The notes under the pieces are model-generated. The model saw only the letters and a list, made by a program, of their open reading frames with translations, had not been told where the DNA came from and did no database searches. 21,426 bases of DNA from an uncultured bacterium (lineage in GTDB: Bacteria; Abyssobacteria; SURF-5): contig CAZSKP010000033.1 in the NCBI GenBank assembly GCA_964607485.1, positions 1 to 21,426 on the forward strand, read 5' to 3'. Position numbers and translations under genes: made by a program. Positions 7,959 to 15,226 of the stretch are shown here, piece by piece (positions within the stretch are counted from its first letter, which is position 1; each line of letters opens with the position of its first letter).

Positions 7959-10076
7959 TCACCGTCGCAACGCATAGAGCGTCGCGCCGTCGCTCGAGAA
8001 CAAGGGGATGCAATATGCGGTCAGGAACCCTTCGAGCACGCTGAAGTCGTCGGCCAACCGGGCCTCGTCCTCCGCCGAAACGCTGAACGGGGGGAACCGC
8101 GCAAGGAACAGCTCGTTGACAAGGATATGCGTGACACCCATCCGGATGAGCTTCTTGCGAAACGCCTCCGCGCTGCCTGCCTGATGCACCAGCTCTATCA
8201 TGCTGGGAGCCTCGAACACGCTGTCTCCTATCTGGGGCCTGTTGCAGAAAAAGCCGCGATTGTCCCAAAAGAACACCAGGCGCGCATCGGGCGGCAGGTT
8301 TTCGTTTATGTATTTGAAAACAGCGTAGTTGGGCACCTTCTCCGCCAGGAATTCATCCCGTGTCTGCGCGCCCCACACGACGGGGCCGAACTGCGAGGGC
8401 ACGAGAAGGGGATAAAAGTAGGCGAACGAGAACCATACGAGCCCGCACGCCGACAGCGCGGCCGCTTTGACAATCACGGAGAAGGGTCGCGAGAGCTGCC
8501 CGGCCTCTTCCGTCAGCGTGACTATCGCATGCGCGCATAGGAGGCTGAGGAGCGGGAATATGGGCATCAGGTACCTCGTGATGTGCGTTGAGGCCGCCCA
8601 ACTGACAAAGTACACGACGCATACGGCGGCCGCCCATTTCAGCAAGGCGGGCTTCTGCCGGATGAACAGATACGCCGGCAGCAAGATCAGCCAGAGAGGG
8701 GTTATCTTCGTGTCGAAATTCGCGAAGCCGGCCTTCCCCAGTATCGTGATGTTCCATGGAAGCGCGACCAGGCTCCGAACGTCGTGCCCCATCCCGTGAG
8801 TATGCACGTACGCGAGCATCCTCTCCACATGCCTCGGCACAAGCCAGCGTCCTCCGAAGACGTCGTACATCAGCGGGTAAATCGGATTGCCCGTTATTAC
8901 GTAATTTTTCACCAGATAGGGCGAGACGAACACCACGACGACCCCCCCGAACAGCGCCAGCCGCTCGACGGTCCTGCCGAGATTGCGGTCGTCCGAGAAA
9001 AGCTCCGCCGCGACAATCATCGCGCCAATCGACACCAGCCCATGGAGCGACGTATATTTTATGCCCGCAGACACTCCCGCAAATATGCACAACAGAACAA
9101 ACCAGCGCTCATCATTCTCCGTCCGCCACCTCCATAGGCAGCTCAACGCGAGCAGGAAGTAGAACACCATCCCCATGTCCACGTAAGCGATGGGCATCTC
9201 GTTCAGCACCGGCGGATTGAAAAAGAAGATGAGCACCGCAAGCGCCGCGGTCGCGCCTCCCAGATTGCGTTTGGCGAACGCGTAGAGAAACAGGAGCGCA
9301 CCAACTCCCAGAACGTAGTGAATCAGATTGGCCAGGATGAAGTCGTCTATCAGCAGCGCCGCCGTGTAGAGCATCTCAAGGTTCAAGACGGTGTTGGAAA
9401 ACAAGTTGTACGGGACGGCGACTATTCTGTGCTCGGTGGCGTAGATGCGGGGCACATTGAGGTGATACACCATCGCGTCGTGAGTGATGCTCGGGGCAAG
9501 CGCGATAATCGCCAGCAGAAAAAGCATTACCCCGACGAGCGGCAAGCCGGCGAGCGCAACCGGCGAGCGCCTCTCGGACCTGTCGAACGAAAAGAGCGTC
9601 CTTATGTCGCGGAGCAGCGCCGGGAAGTCGCGATAGCAGACGACAAACGGGAGCAGGAGAACCACCCACATCGCCGCCGCATACAGCCCCCCCAGCACCC
9701 CGAGCGAGAACGTGATGTACATCAACAGGCCCCACCCCAAGCCAAGCGCCAGGAGAAGGTCCTGCGCCACGTCCCATTTGCCTCTCGAAGGGTCGTCCGC
9801 CCGGACCAACCCGGCCGGCATGAGCAGACGCCGGCCCGCCAGGACGCCGGCAACAGTCAAAAGGAACACAAGAAAGAGATGCCTGAGGATTGCGGCAAGC
9901 TTTGATATCCCTCCCGACGGCGGGGGCAGATAAAATGTCCGAACGAGCTGCCACACGTGGCCGGGGCTCAGTGGATGCTCCTGAAAAAATCGAACCAGTA
10001 CCAGCCCAGCCCACAGCGCGAGAACGCCGAAGCAGGCGTACCAAAGCATCGTTTTGCGTGTGCCATGTTCGTTCAT
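7959..10076 (-). CDS. Multi-pass GT-C fold glycosyltransferase (ArnT/PMT-like)
   Basis: 705 aa with many TM segments; loop motif THDAMVYHL-x-x-P, AYVD, GIKYT, TGNPIYP and RYLMP, then a soluble C-terminal domain. Confidence 0.8.
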   Translation of the reverse strand: MNEHGTRKTMLWYACFGVLALWAGLVLVRFFQEHPLSPGHVWQLVRTFYLPPPSGGISKLAAILRHLFLVFLLTVAGVLAGRRLLMPAGLVRADDPSRGKWDVAQDLLLALGLGWGLLMYITFSLGVLGGLYAAAMWVVLLLPFVVCYRDFPALLRDIRTLFSFDRSERRSPVALAGLPLVGVMLFLLAIIALAPSITHDAMVYHLNVPRIYATEHRIVAVPYNLFSNTVLNLEMLYTAALLIDDFILANLIHYVLGVGALLFLYAFAKRNLGGATAALAVLIFFFNPPVLNEMPIAYVDMGMVFYFLLALSCLWRWRTENDERWFVLLCIFAGVSAGIKYTSLHGLVSIGAMIVAAELFSDDRNLGRTVERLALFGGVVVVFVSPYLVKNYVITGNPIYPLMYDVFGGRWLVPRHVERMLAYVHTHGMGHDVRSLVALPWNITILGKAGFANFDTKITPLWLILLPAYLFIRQKPALLKWAAAVCVVYFVSWAASTHITRYLMPIFPLLSLLCAHAIVTLTEEAGQLSRPFSVIVKAAALSACGLVWFSFAYFYPLLVPSQFGPVVWGAQTRDEFLAEKVPNYAVFKYINENLPPDARLVFFWDNRGFFCNRPQIGDSVFEAPSMIELVHQAGSAEAFRKKLIRMGVTHILVNELFLARFPPFSVSAEDEARLADDFSVLEGFLTAYCIPLFSSDGATLYALRR

Positions 10077-10082
10077 TCGCTC

Positions 10083-11762
10083 TCAGTCCGTCAGTGGAAG
10101 CGGGCCTCCGGCGAGAGGTTCCGCGGCCGGCATGTGGAAGTCGTTTCGCTTGAAGAAGTGTATGTACCCCGAACCCACCCTGGCGGCATGGGGGGTGTAG
10201 TTTCTCCTGAACTCATCGAGTCCGAGCATCTCGCGGTTGCCGGGCACGAGGATTCCGTACAGCCAGTAGTATTTCAATAGAGCCTGCGTGGTCAACTTGT
10301 GAGGCCAGATGCGGCACGCGCCGAGAAAGATGAGGTCGGGCCGTCTTTCAAGAACGTATGCGCTGTTGTACTTCTCATGGCCGGGTTCGCCCCTGCCGAA
10401 GCGGGCGACCTCGGTGCGCGCGATATGAACGTCGTTAAGCCCGACAAGGTCGATCGTCTCCAGCCCCGAGTAGAACGGGACGATTCCGGCCGCTGTCAAG
10501 GCGATGGTCGTATCGCCGCCGACATTTTCCTTCAACCACTGGCCGACGACCTTTCGGTCGGCATCGGCGGGCTTTTCCACATAGAACACCCTGCGATGCT
10601 CGCCGCCGACAAAGGACGGCAGGCAAGTGACGATTATCCCAGCGACACAGGCCGCAGCCAGCGCCGCGCGCCGAGCCAGAGACCCGCCGCGTTTCGAGCG
10701 CTCGTCTTCGCGCGGGAACAACTCACCGAATCCGCGCAGGCTCAGCAGGTAGAGCGCGGGCAATATGGGGACGAAGAACCTGTGCATCACCAGTTGGTCG
10801 CCGCCGACGTATATGACGAACGCGATACACGCGGCTACCTGCAACAGCAGATACGAAGTCGCGAATCCGATCTTTCGCCCCGAGCCGCCGCCAGTCGAGC
10901 TCCACATTCTCGCATAGAAGAAGGCCGCTGCCGCCGCAATCGGCACAAACCCGTAATCCGCGAAAAAGAACCATGTGTACCTCAATCCCCGCACGGCCGA
11001 CGCCGCGCCCGCTCCGACCTTCGCATAGAACGTATTCGGCAAGAGGTAGCCGTAGTAGGAGTATCTCCATAGAAAGTACGGGAGATACACGACGAGAAAC
11101 GCCAGCAGGAGCCGAACAACGTCCGCAACCAACCGCTTGCGGGAGACGTCCTTACGAAAATAGACGGAGGTGACGACCATGTGCGCGAGCATCGCCGCCA
11201 GGAACACGACGCCGTCGGGCCGTGTCATCACGAGGAGTGAGAACAGGAATCCGCACGCATACGGCGCGCCGCTATCCTCGGCCCTCAGATAGACGAACGT
11301 TATCAAGGTGAGAAGGAACGTGAAGAAGACCGTCTCCAATCCGCCGAGAGACCACATCGCAAAACTGCCGTTGGCCGCCAAGAGCGCCGCCGGCAGAAGC
11401 AGCAGCGCCGTGTGGATTCTGCCCATGTAGGTCCGCGCAATTGCAGTCACCAGAACGAGCGTTCCCACGCCGGAGAGAAAGCCGAGCACCTTGGCGGAAC
11501 GGACGATGTCGGCCCCGAGCGCGGTCGGCGCCGCGATGAGCATCGCCCAGAGAAAGTTGGTGTAGCCCTCGACGCGCTCGCCCACGTTGTACACCAGCCC
11601 GTGGCCCGCGAGCATGTTGCGGACGTACCGGAACGTGATGAACGCGTCATCGGTCGCGTAGTTATAATGGAGGGCGTGCGCGCCAAAGGCGAGCGACAAG
11701 AGGGCGAGGAGCAGGATGACCGTTCGGTCGGAATGGCGTCGCGAAGTCTGTTGGACGGAAAT
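10083..11762 (-). CDS. Multi-pass GT-C fold glycosyltransferase (AftB-like DDAFI-x-x-RY family)
   Basis: DDAFITFRY-x-x-N-x3-GHGLVYN-x-GERVEGYTN, GLET, TRPDG, LPNTFYAK, GGD-x4-RF and D-x-x-GLND. The first canonical start is TTG 11699; ATT 11762 is proposed from SD spacing and completeness of TM1. Confidence 0.8.
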   Translation of the reverse strand: MSVQQTSRRHSDRTVILLLALLSLAFGAHALHYNYATDDAFITFRYVRNMLAGHGLVYNVGERVEGYTNFLWAMLIAAPTALGADIVRSAKVLGFLSGVGTLVLVTAIARTYMGRIHTALLLLPAALLAANGSFAMWSLGGLETVFFTFLLTLITFVYLRAEDSGAPYACGFLFSLLVMTRPDGVVFLAAMLAHMVVTSVYFRKDVSRKRLVADVVRLLLAFLVVYLPYFLWRYSYYGYLLPNTFYAKVGAGAASAVRGLRYTWFFFADYGFVPIAAAAAFFYARMWSSTGGGSGRKIGFATSYLLLQVAACIAFVIYVGGDQLVMHRFFVPILPALYLLSLRGFGELFPREDERSKRGGSLARRAALAAACVAGIIVTCLPSFVGGEHRRVFYVEKPADADRKVVGQWLKENVGGDTTIALTAAGIVPFYSGLETIDLVGLNDVHIARTEVARFGRGEPGHEKYNSAYVLERRPDLIFLGACRIWPHKLTTQALLKYYWLYGILVPGNREMLGLDEFRRNYTPHAARVGSGYIHFFKRNDFHMPAAEPLAGGPLPLTD

Positions 11763-11786
11763 GTCGCTACCCCTTGCAGCCGTCAG

Positions 11787-11857
11787 GATTCGATGAGCCC
11801 GACGGGTTCTCTTGAGAACAAGCTCCCTCGGGAGCGTGCCGGTCGGCCTCTCGAATC
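11787..11857. other. 71-nt multi-hairpin palindromic structure in the CBS-to-glycosyltransferase spacer
   Basis: Closing stem GATTCGA(t)GAG 11787-11797 / CTCTCGAATC 11848-11857 encloses four palindromes at 11798-11806, 11806-11819, 11822-11835 and 11838-11847. Confidence 0.6.
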
Positions 11858-11878
11858 TCCGGCGCCGGCGCGGAAGGC

Positions 11879-12292
11879 CTACTCAACGACCGGGCCCGGA
11901 TAGAACTTCTTGAAGATGTCGCTGTTGCTCAGGATTCCGATTATCTCTTTTCCGTCGGACACGGGAACCCGCCGGAAGTTGTAGCGTTTCATCAGCTTCA
12001 CGCAGGCCAGCACGCTCATCGTGGGCGGGACGGTGATCGCGGGCCTGGTCATCACATCTCCGACGAAGGCGTGTTGTGTGCCCGGGTCGGGGTCGATCAG
12101 CTTGTTGATGAGGTCCTTCTGCGTGACGATGCCGTACCAGTCCGCCTTGCTCGTGCTGTCCACAATCAGACTGGACACCCCGAATTCCTTCATTTTCCGC
12201 ACGGCATCCAGCAGCGAGACCTCTTCCTTTATGAATTTTACGTCTCGCGTCATCAACTCGCGAACGAGCGTCTTCCGCATTTTGTCGAGCAC
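11879..12292 (-). CDS. CBS-pair domain protein
   Basis: VRELMTRDV...GVSSLIV...GIVTQKDL and VGDVMTRP...RRVPV...IGILSNSDI are two CBS repeats. Start GTG 12292 lies 8 nt after GGAGG (ATG 12280 is the alternative); the promoter at 12382-12354 argues against the 12508 start. Confidence 0.92.
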   Translation of the reverse strand: MLDKMRKTLVRELMTRDVKFIKEEVSLLDAVRKMKEFGVSSLIVDSTSKADWYGIVTQKDLINKLIDPDPGTQHAFVGDVMTRPAITVPPTMSVLACVKLMKRYNFRRVPVSDGKEIIGILSNSDIFKKFYPGPVVE

Positions 12293-12353
12293 TGTACTCT
12301 CCTCCCCCCGGGTTGACGGCGCCAACCAACCGCCTGCCGCGGCATCGGACGTA

Positions 12354-12382
12354 ATTCTACCACGTTCCCCGCCCAAATTCAA
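12354..12382 (-). promoter_or_regulatory. sigma70-type promoter, extended -10, for the CBS gene
   Basis: TTGAAT (12382-12377), 17 nt, TAGAAT (12359-12354), with TG before the -10. Confidence 0.7.
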
Positions 12383-12445
12383 CGGCGCGGTTGTGGCGGA
12401 GACAGTCTCCTCCTCGAAGGGGAGGTATGGAAACATCTGCGCAGA

Positions 12446-12474
12446 TTGACGCGGTTTTTGGGCCGTGTTATAAT
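12446..12474 (+). promoter_or_regulatory. Near-consensus sigma70-type promoter, extended -10
   Basis: TTGACG, 17 nt, TATAAT with TG at 12466-12467; divergent from the CBS promoter. Confidence 0.8.
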
Positions 12475-12485
12475 CCGGAACCGAA

Positions 12486-14138
12486 ATGGGCGACCGAGGC
12501 GCAACCACCGAGAAGCCGCGCAGACGCGTTCCCCGCGTCTTGCTGGTGGCGCTGTTGCCCGCACTGCTTTACGCCAACACGCTCGTCAATTCGTTCCAGT
12601 ACGACGACGTCCACTACATCCAAAACAACCGCTACGTGCACAGCCTGTCGGGCGTCGGCCACTTCTTTGTGTCGTCGCGCCTGATGAGCAACATTCCCCT
12701 GAGCGGATACCGGCCGCTGACCATGTCGTCGTTCGCGCTCAACTACGCCGTGGGCGCCGACAGCCCGTTCGGCTACCATCTCGTCAATGTGGCGCTCCAC
12801 GTGCTGAACACGCTGCTCGTGTATGCCGTCGCACTTGCGCTGATGCGCGCCTTCGAGGTCTCGCGAGGCAGCGACGCCGCCCTCGCGGCCGCGCTCCTTT
12901 TCGCGTGCCATCCGGTCAACACGCAGCCGGTGAACTACATCTCGGCGCGTTCGACGCTGTTGGCGGGGGGCTTCTCGCTCCTGTGCTTTCTGCTGTACGC
13001 GCGCAGGCGCGAGCCCGCCGGAACATTTGGGAAGGCCGCCGTGTGGGCCGGCTCGCTCGCGGCATACGCATGCGCGCTGCTCTCCAAGGAGGAGGCCGTC
13101 GCGCTGCCGGGTCTGCTGGCGGCCTACGAACTCTGCCGGCTGCGGTTGCGAATCGACAAGGCGAAGGCGATGCGAATCCTGTTCTCGCTGCTTCCGTTCA
13201 TCGTCTTGACGCTCGGGTTCATCGTGTTCGTAGTGCGTATTCTGGGAATCGTGGGCGATACGGCGCAGGCCCGGGGCGTGGGCGAGAACCTGCTGACACA
13301 GGCGGGCGCGCTGTTCTTTTACCTGAAACTGCTGGCGCTGCCGACCACGCTCAGCATCGACCACGTGGTCGCGACGGCGTCCTCGATACTCGACCCCGCG
13401 GTGATGGCCTCGGTAATCGGCGCGGTCGTGATTCTGGTGGGCCCGGTCCTTCTGGTCCGTTCCATGCCTGTCGTTCCGTTCGGCATCTGGTGGTTCGCGC
13501 TCGCTCTGGTGCCGAGCTCCACGCTGGTGGCGCTGAAGCTCGTGGTGAACGAGCAGAGGCTGTACCTGCCCGCCGTGGGAATTCTGTTCATCTCGGGGGC
13601 GGCGTTCGGCGCGGCGCTCGACCGCGTTTCGACGGCCGACCGGCAGGGCTTGCGGCGGGCGCTGGTCTGCGGGCTCGCGGCCGTGTTGGTCGTGTTCGGC
13701 GCGCTCACCGTCCGGAGAAATGCTCAGTGGCGAACTCCATTTTCCTTATGGACGAGCGCGCTCGAAGAATATCCGGACAGCGCGCGCGCGAACACGCAGA
13801 TGGCGAACCTCTATATCGAGATGGGAAGGTTTGATGCCGCGCTAGAGGCCGCAAAGAAGGCGGTGGAAGCCGCGCCGGATGTGTCCGAGGCGCGGATGGC
13901 GCTGGCCGTGGCGTATTCTCGACTGGGATTGCAGACGGAAGCGCTGGAGCAGGCGCGGGCGGCCGTTGACCTGAACCCCGCCTCGACCGATGCTCAGACG
14001 ATGCTGGGAGCGGTGTATGCGCGGCTGGGCCGGTATCGGGAAGCGGAGGCCGCATGGGAAAGGGCGCTCGAGCTCGACCCGGAAAACGTCGAAGCGCGCG
14101 AGAATCTTGAAAAGCTCAAGAAAGGGGGAAAAGGGTAA
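12486..14138 (+). CDS. TMTC-like membrane glycosyltransferase with C-terminal TPR repeats
   Basis: FQYDD, YRPL, YHLVNVALH, LFACHPV-x4-V-x-YISAR, ALLSKE and EQRLYLP, followed by about 4 TPR-like repeats (e.g. LGAVYARLGRYREAEAAWERALELDP). Confidence 0.88.
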   Translation: MGDRGATTEKPRRRVPRVLLVALLPALLYANTLVNSFQYDDVHYIQNNRYVHSLSGVGHFFVSSRLMSNIPLSGYRPLTMSSFALNYAVGADSPFGYHLVNVALHVLNTLLVYAVALALMRAFEVSRGSDAALAAALLFACHPVNTQPVNYISARSTLLAGGFSLLCFLLYARRREPAGTFGKAAVWAGSLAAYACALLSKEEAVALPGLLAAYELCRLRLRIDKAKAMRILFSLLPFIVLTLGFIVFVVRILGIVGDTAQARGVGENLLTQAGALFFYLKLLALPTTLSIDHVVATASSILDPAVMASVIGAVVILVGPVLLVRSMPVVPFGIWWFALALVPSSTLVALKLVVNEQRLYLPAVGILFISGAAFGAALDRVSTADRQGLRRALVCGLAAVLVVFGALTVRRNAQWRTPFSLWTSALEEYPDSARANTQMANLYIEMGRFDAALEAAKKAVEAAPDVSEARMALAVAYSRLGLQTEALEQARAAVDLNPASTDAQTMLGAVYARLGRYREAEAAWERALELDPENVEARENLEKLKKGGKG

Positions 14139-14184
14139 GAGGGGAAAAGGGCAAAGGACGAAGGGCAAAGGACGAAGGACCAAA
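14124..14184 (+). repeat. Purine-rich heptamer tandem repeat (AAGGGCA/AAGGACG)
   Basis: AAGGGCA AAGGACG AAGGGCA AAGGACG AAGGACC at 14147-14181, with degenerate units running back across the stop codon. Confidence 0.8.
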
Positions 14185-14201
14185 CCGTCGGATCACAAAT
14201 A

Positions 14202-14229
14202 GGACTCTAGACTCCGGACTTTGGATTTC
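14202..14229. repeat. Heptamer tandem repeat (GGACTYY-like, 4 units)
   Basis: GGACTCT AGACTCC GGACTTT GGATTTC, abutting the stop codon at 14230. Confidence 0.7.
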
Positions 14230-14502
14230 TTATAGCTTCCCCCAAAGCATGAGTACGCCTACCGCTATGAACAAGACGCCGGCGAGCAGATGCACGGCCC
14301 TCGCGGGCACGTAGGCGGCAAGAGTGCCGCCGAGCGCGACCGCCAGCACGGTTGCCGTCACCATGGCCGCCGCAGCTCCCACAAACACCGAAAGGAGCGC
14401 CTTGCTCTCAGCCGCAAAACCGAGGATGGCAAGTTGTGTCTTGTCACCCAGTTCGGCCAGGAAGATGGCCACAAAGACCGAAACGATTATTTTACCGTCC
14501 AT
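14230..14502 (-). CDS. GDT1/TMEM165 (UPF0016) family protein, single-repeat form; putative Mn2+/Ca2+ transporter
   Basis: Signature FLAELGDKTQLA, three TM helices, 90 aa. Confidence 0.92.
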   Translation of the reverse strand: MDGKIIVSVFVAIFLAELGDKTQLAILGFAAESKALLSVFVGAAAAMVTATVLAVALGGTLAAYVPARAVHLLAGVLFIAVGVLMLWGKL

Positions 14503-14540
14503 TGTCCGCCTCGAATGGTTATGGTCTGACGTTGGGGGTA

Positions 14541-14876
14541 TTAGAGGTGCTGCTCGCCGAAATGCTGTTTGTCCAAGACGTACAGCTTGTAATTATTGAT
14601 GAAGTTGTACATCTTTTTGACCGAATCGAGCCGATACAGCGCTTTCAGGCGGAGGAACGTGCGCGCCATCTCCATGCATTCGTCGCCGGAATCGAAGAAG
14701 CGGCGGCGATAGAGCCCGCTCGCAAGCAGGCGCAGGCGTTCTTCGCTCGGGATGGTGGACTTGATATGTTCGTCCATATAGGTGAGGTCTTCGAGAACAA
14801 CCTCGATGTCAACATAGGCAGGAATCAGGCTCAACTTCTCGAAGATCAGAACATCCGTCTTGAGTTCCTTGTTCAT
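14541..14876 (-). CDS. Hypothetical soluble protein, 111 aa
   Basis: Strong SD GGGAGGG, its own promoter and protein-like composition; no family recognised. Confidence 0.75.
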   Translation of the reverse strand: MNKELKTDVLIFEKLSLIPAYVDIEVVLEDLTYMDEHIKSTIPSEERLRLLASGLYRRRFFDSGDECMEMARTFLRLKALYRLDSVKKMYNFINNYKLYVLDKQHFGEQHL

Positions 14877-14908
14877 GCTGTCCCTCCCGCATCAGCCTCT
14901 CCGAAATC

Positions 14909-14940
14909 ATAATAACAGAATCGCATTGCCGCGTCAATGC
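14909..14940 (-). promoter_or_regulatory. sigma70-type promoter with an overlapping palindrome
   Basis: TTGACG (14937-14932), 17 nt, TATTAT (14914-14909) with extended TG; GCATTG-c-CGCG-t-CAATGC at 14923-14940 covers the -35. Confidence 0.7.
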
Positions 14941-15028
14941 AAAAAAATAGCTTGGACGCGCGACACAACAGCAGGAATGCGCGGCTTTGGTCACTCCTAC
15001 ATATGCTGGAGCGGTCGGTTACCGGCAC

Positions 15029-15058
15029 TGTAGGTGCCGCTCGCGAGCGGCCCCTACA
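15029..15058. repeat. GTAG-type REP-like palindrome
   Basis: TGTAGGTGCCGCTCGCGAGCGGCCCCTACA is a 30-bp palindrome with one mismatched pair and GTAG/CTAC ends. A second CCTACA-ended fragment (GGTCACTCCTACA) lies at 14989-15001. Confidence 0.7.
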
Positions 15059-15121
15059 ATGAACGACGCGAACTCCAAACTCGTTATCATATCGTGCACC
15101 CAAACGACGCACCTGCCGCCC

Positions 15122-15151
15122 TTGACAGCGCATCTGCGCGCTGTCTATAAT
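15122..15151 (+). promoter_or_regulatory. Consensus sigma70 promoter with an inverted repeat across the spacer
   Basis: TTGACA, 18 nt, TATAAT; GACAGCGC-N6-GCGCTGTC at 15124-15145. Confidence 0.8.
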
Positions 15152-15226
15152 TGGTTTCCGTGTACGCGCATCGGTTGCTCCGATGCAAGTCCTTTCATTG
15201 CGCCAACCTGCTGGGGGGAGGCTCAG

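Noticed and set aside
11787..11857. tRNA gene, suggested by cloverleaf shape and size
   Set aside because: No T-loop in the right position, no D-loop GG, no 7-nt anticodon loop and no CCA; reported as an unknown structure instead.
12446..13834. 462-aa Arg/Ala-rich ORF on the same strand as the TMTC-like gene
   Set aside because: Alternate-frame artefact; its TTG start is the -35 hexamer of the promoter.
14503..14540. yybP-ykoY manganese riboswitch ahead of the GDT1 gene
   Set aside because: The gap is only 38 bp, the upstream leader is about 25 nt, and no matching structure is visible.
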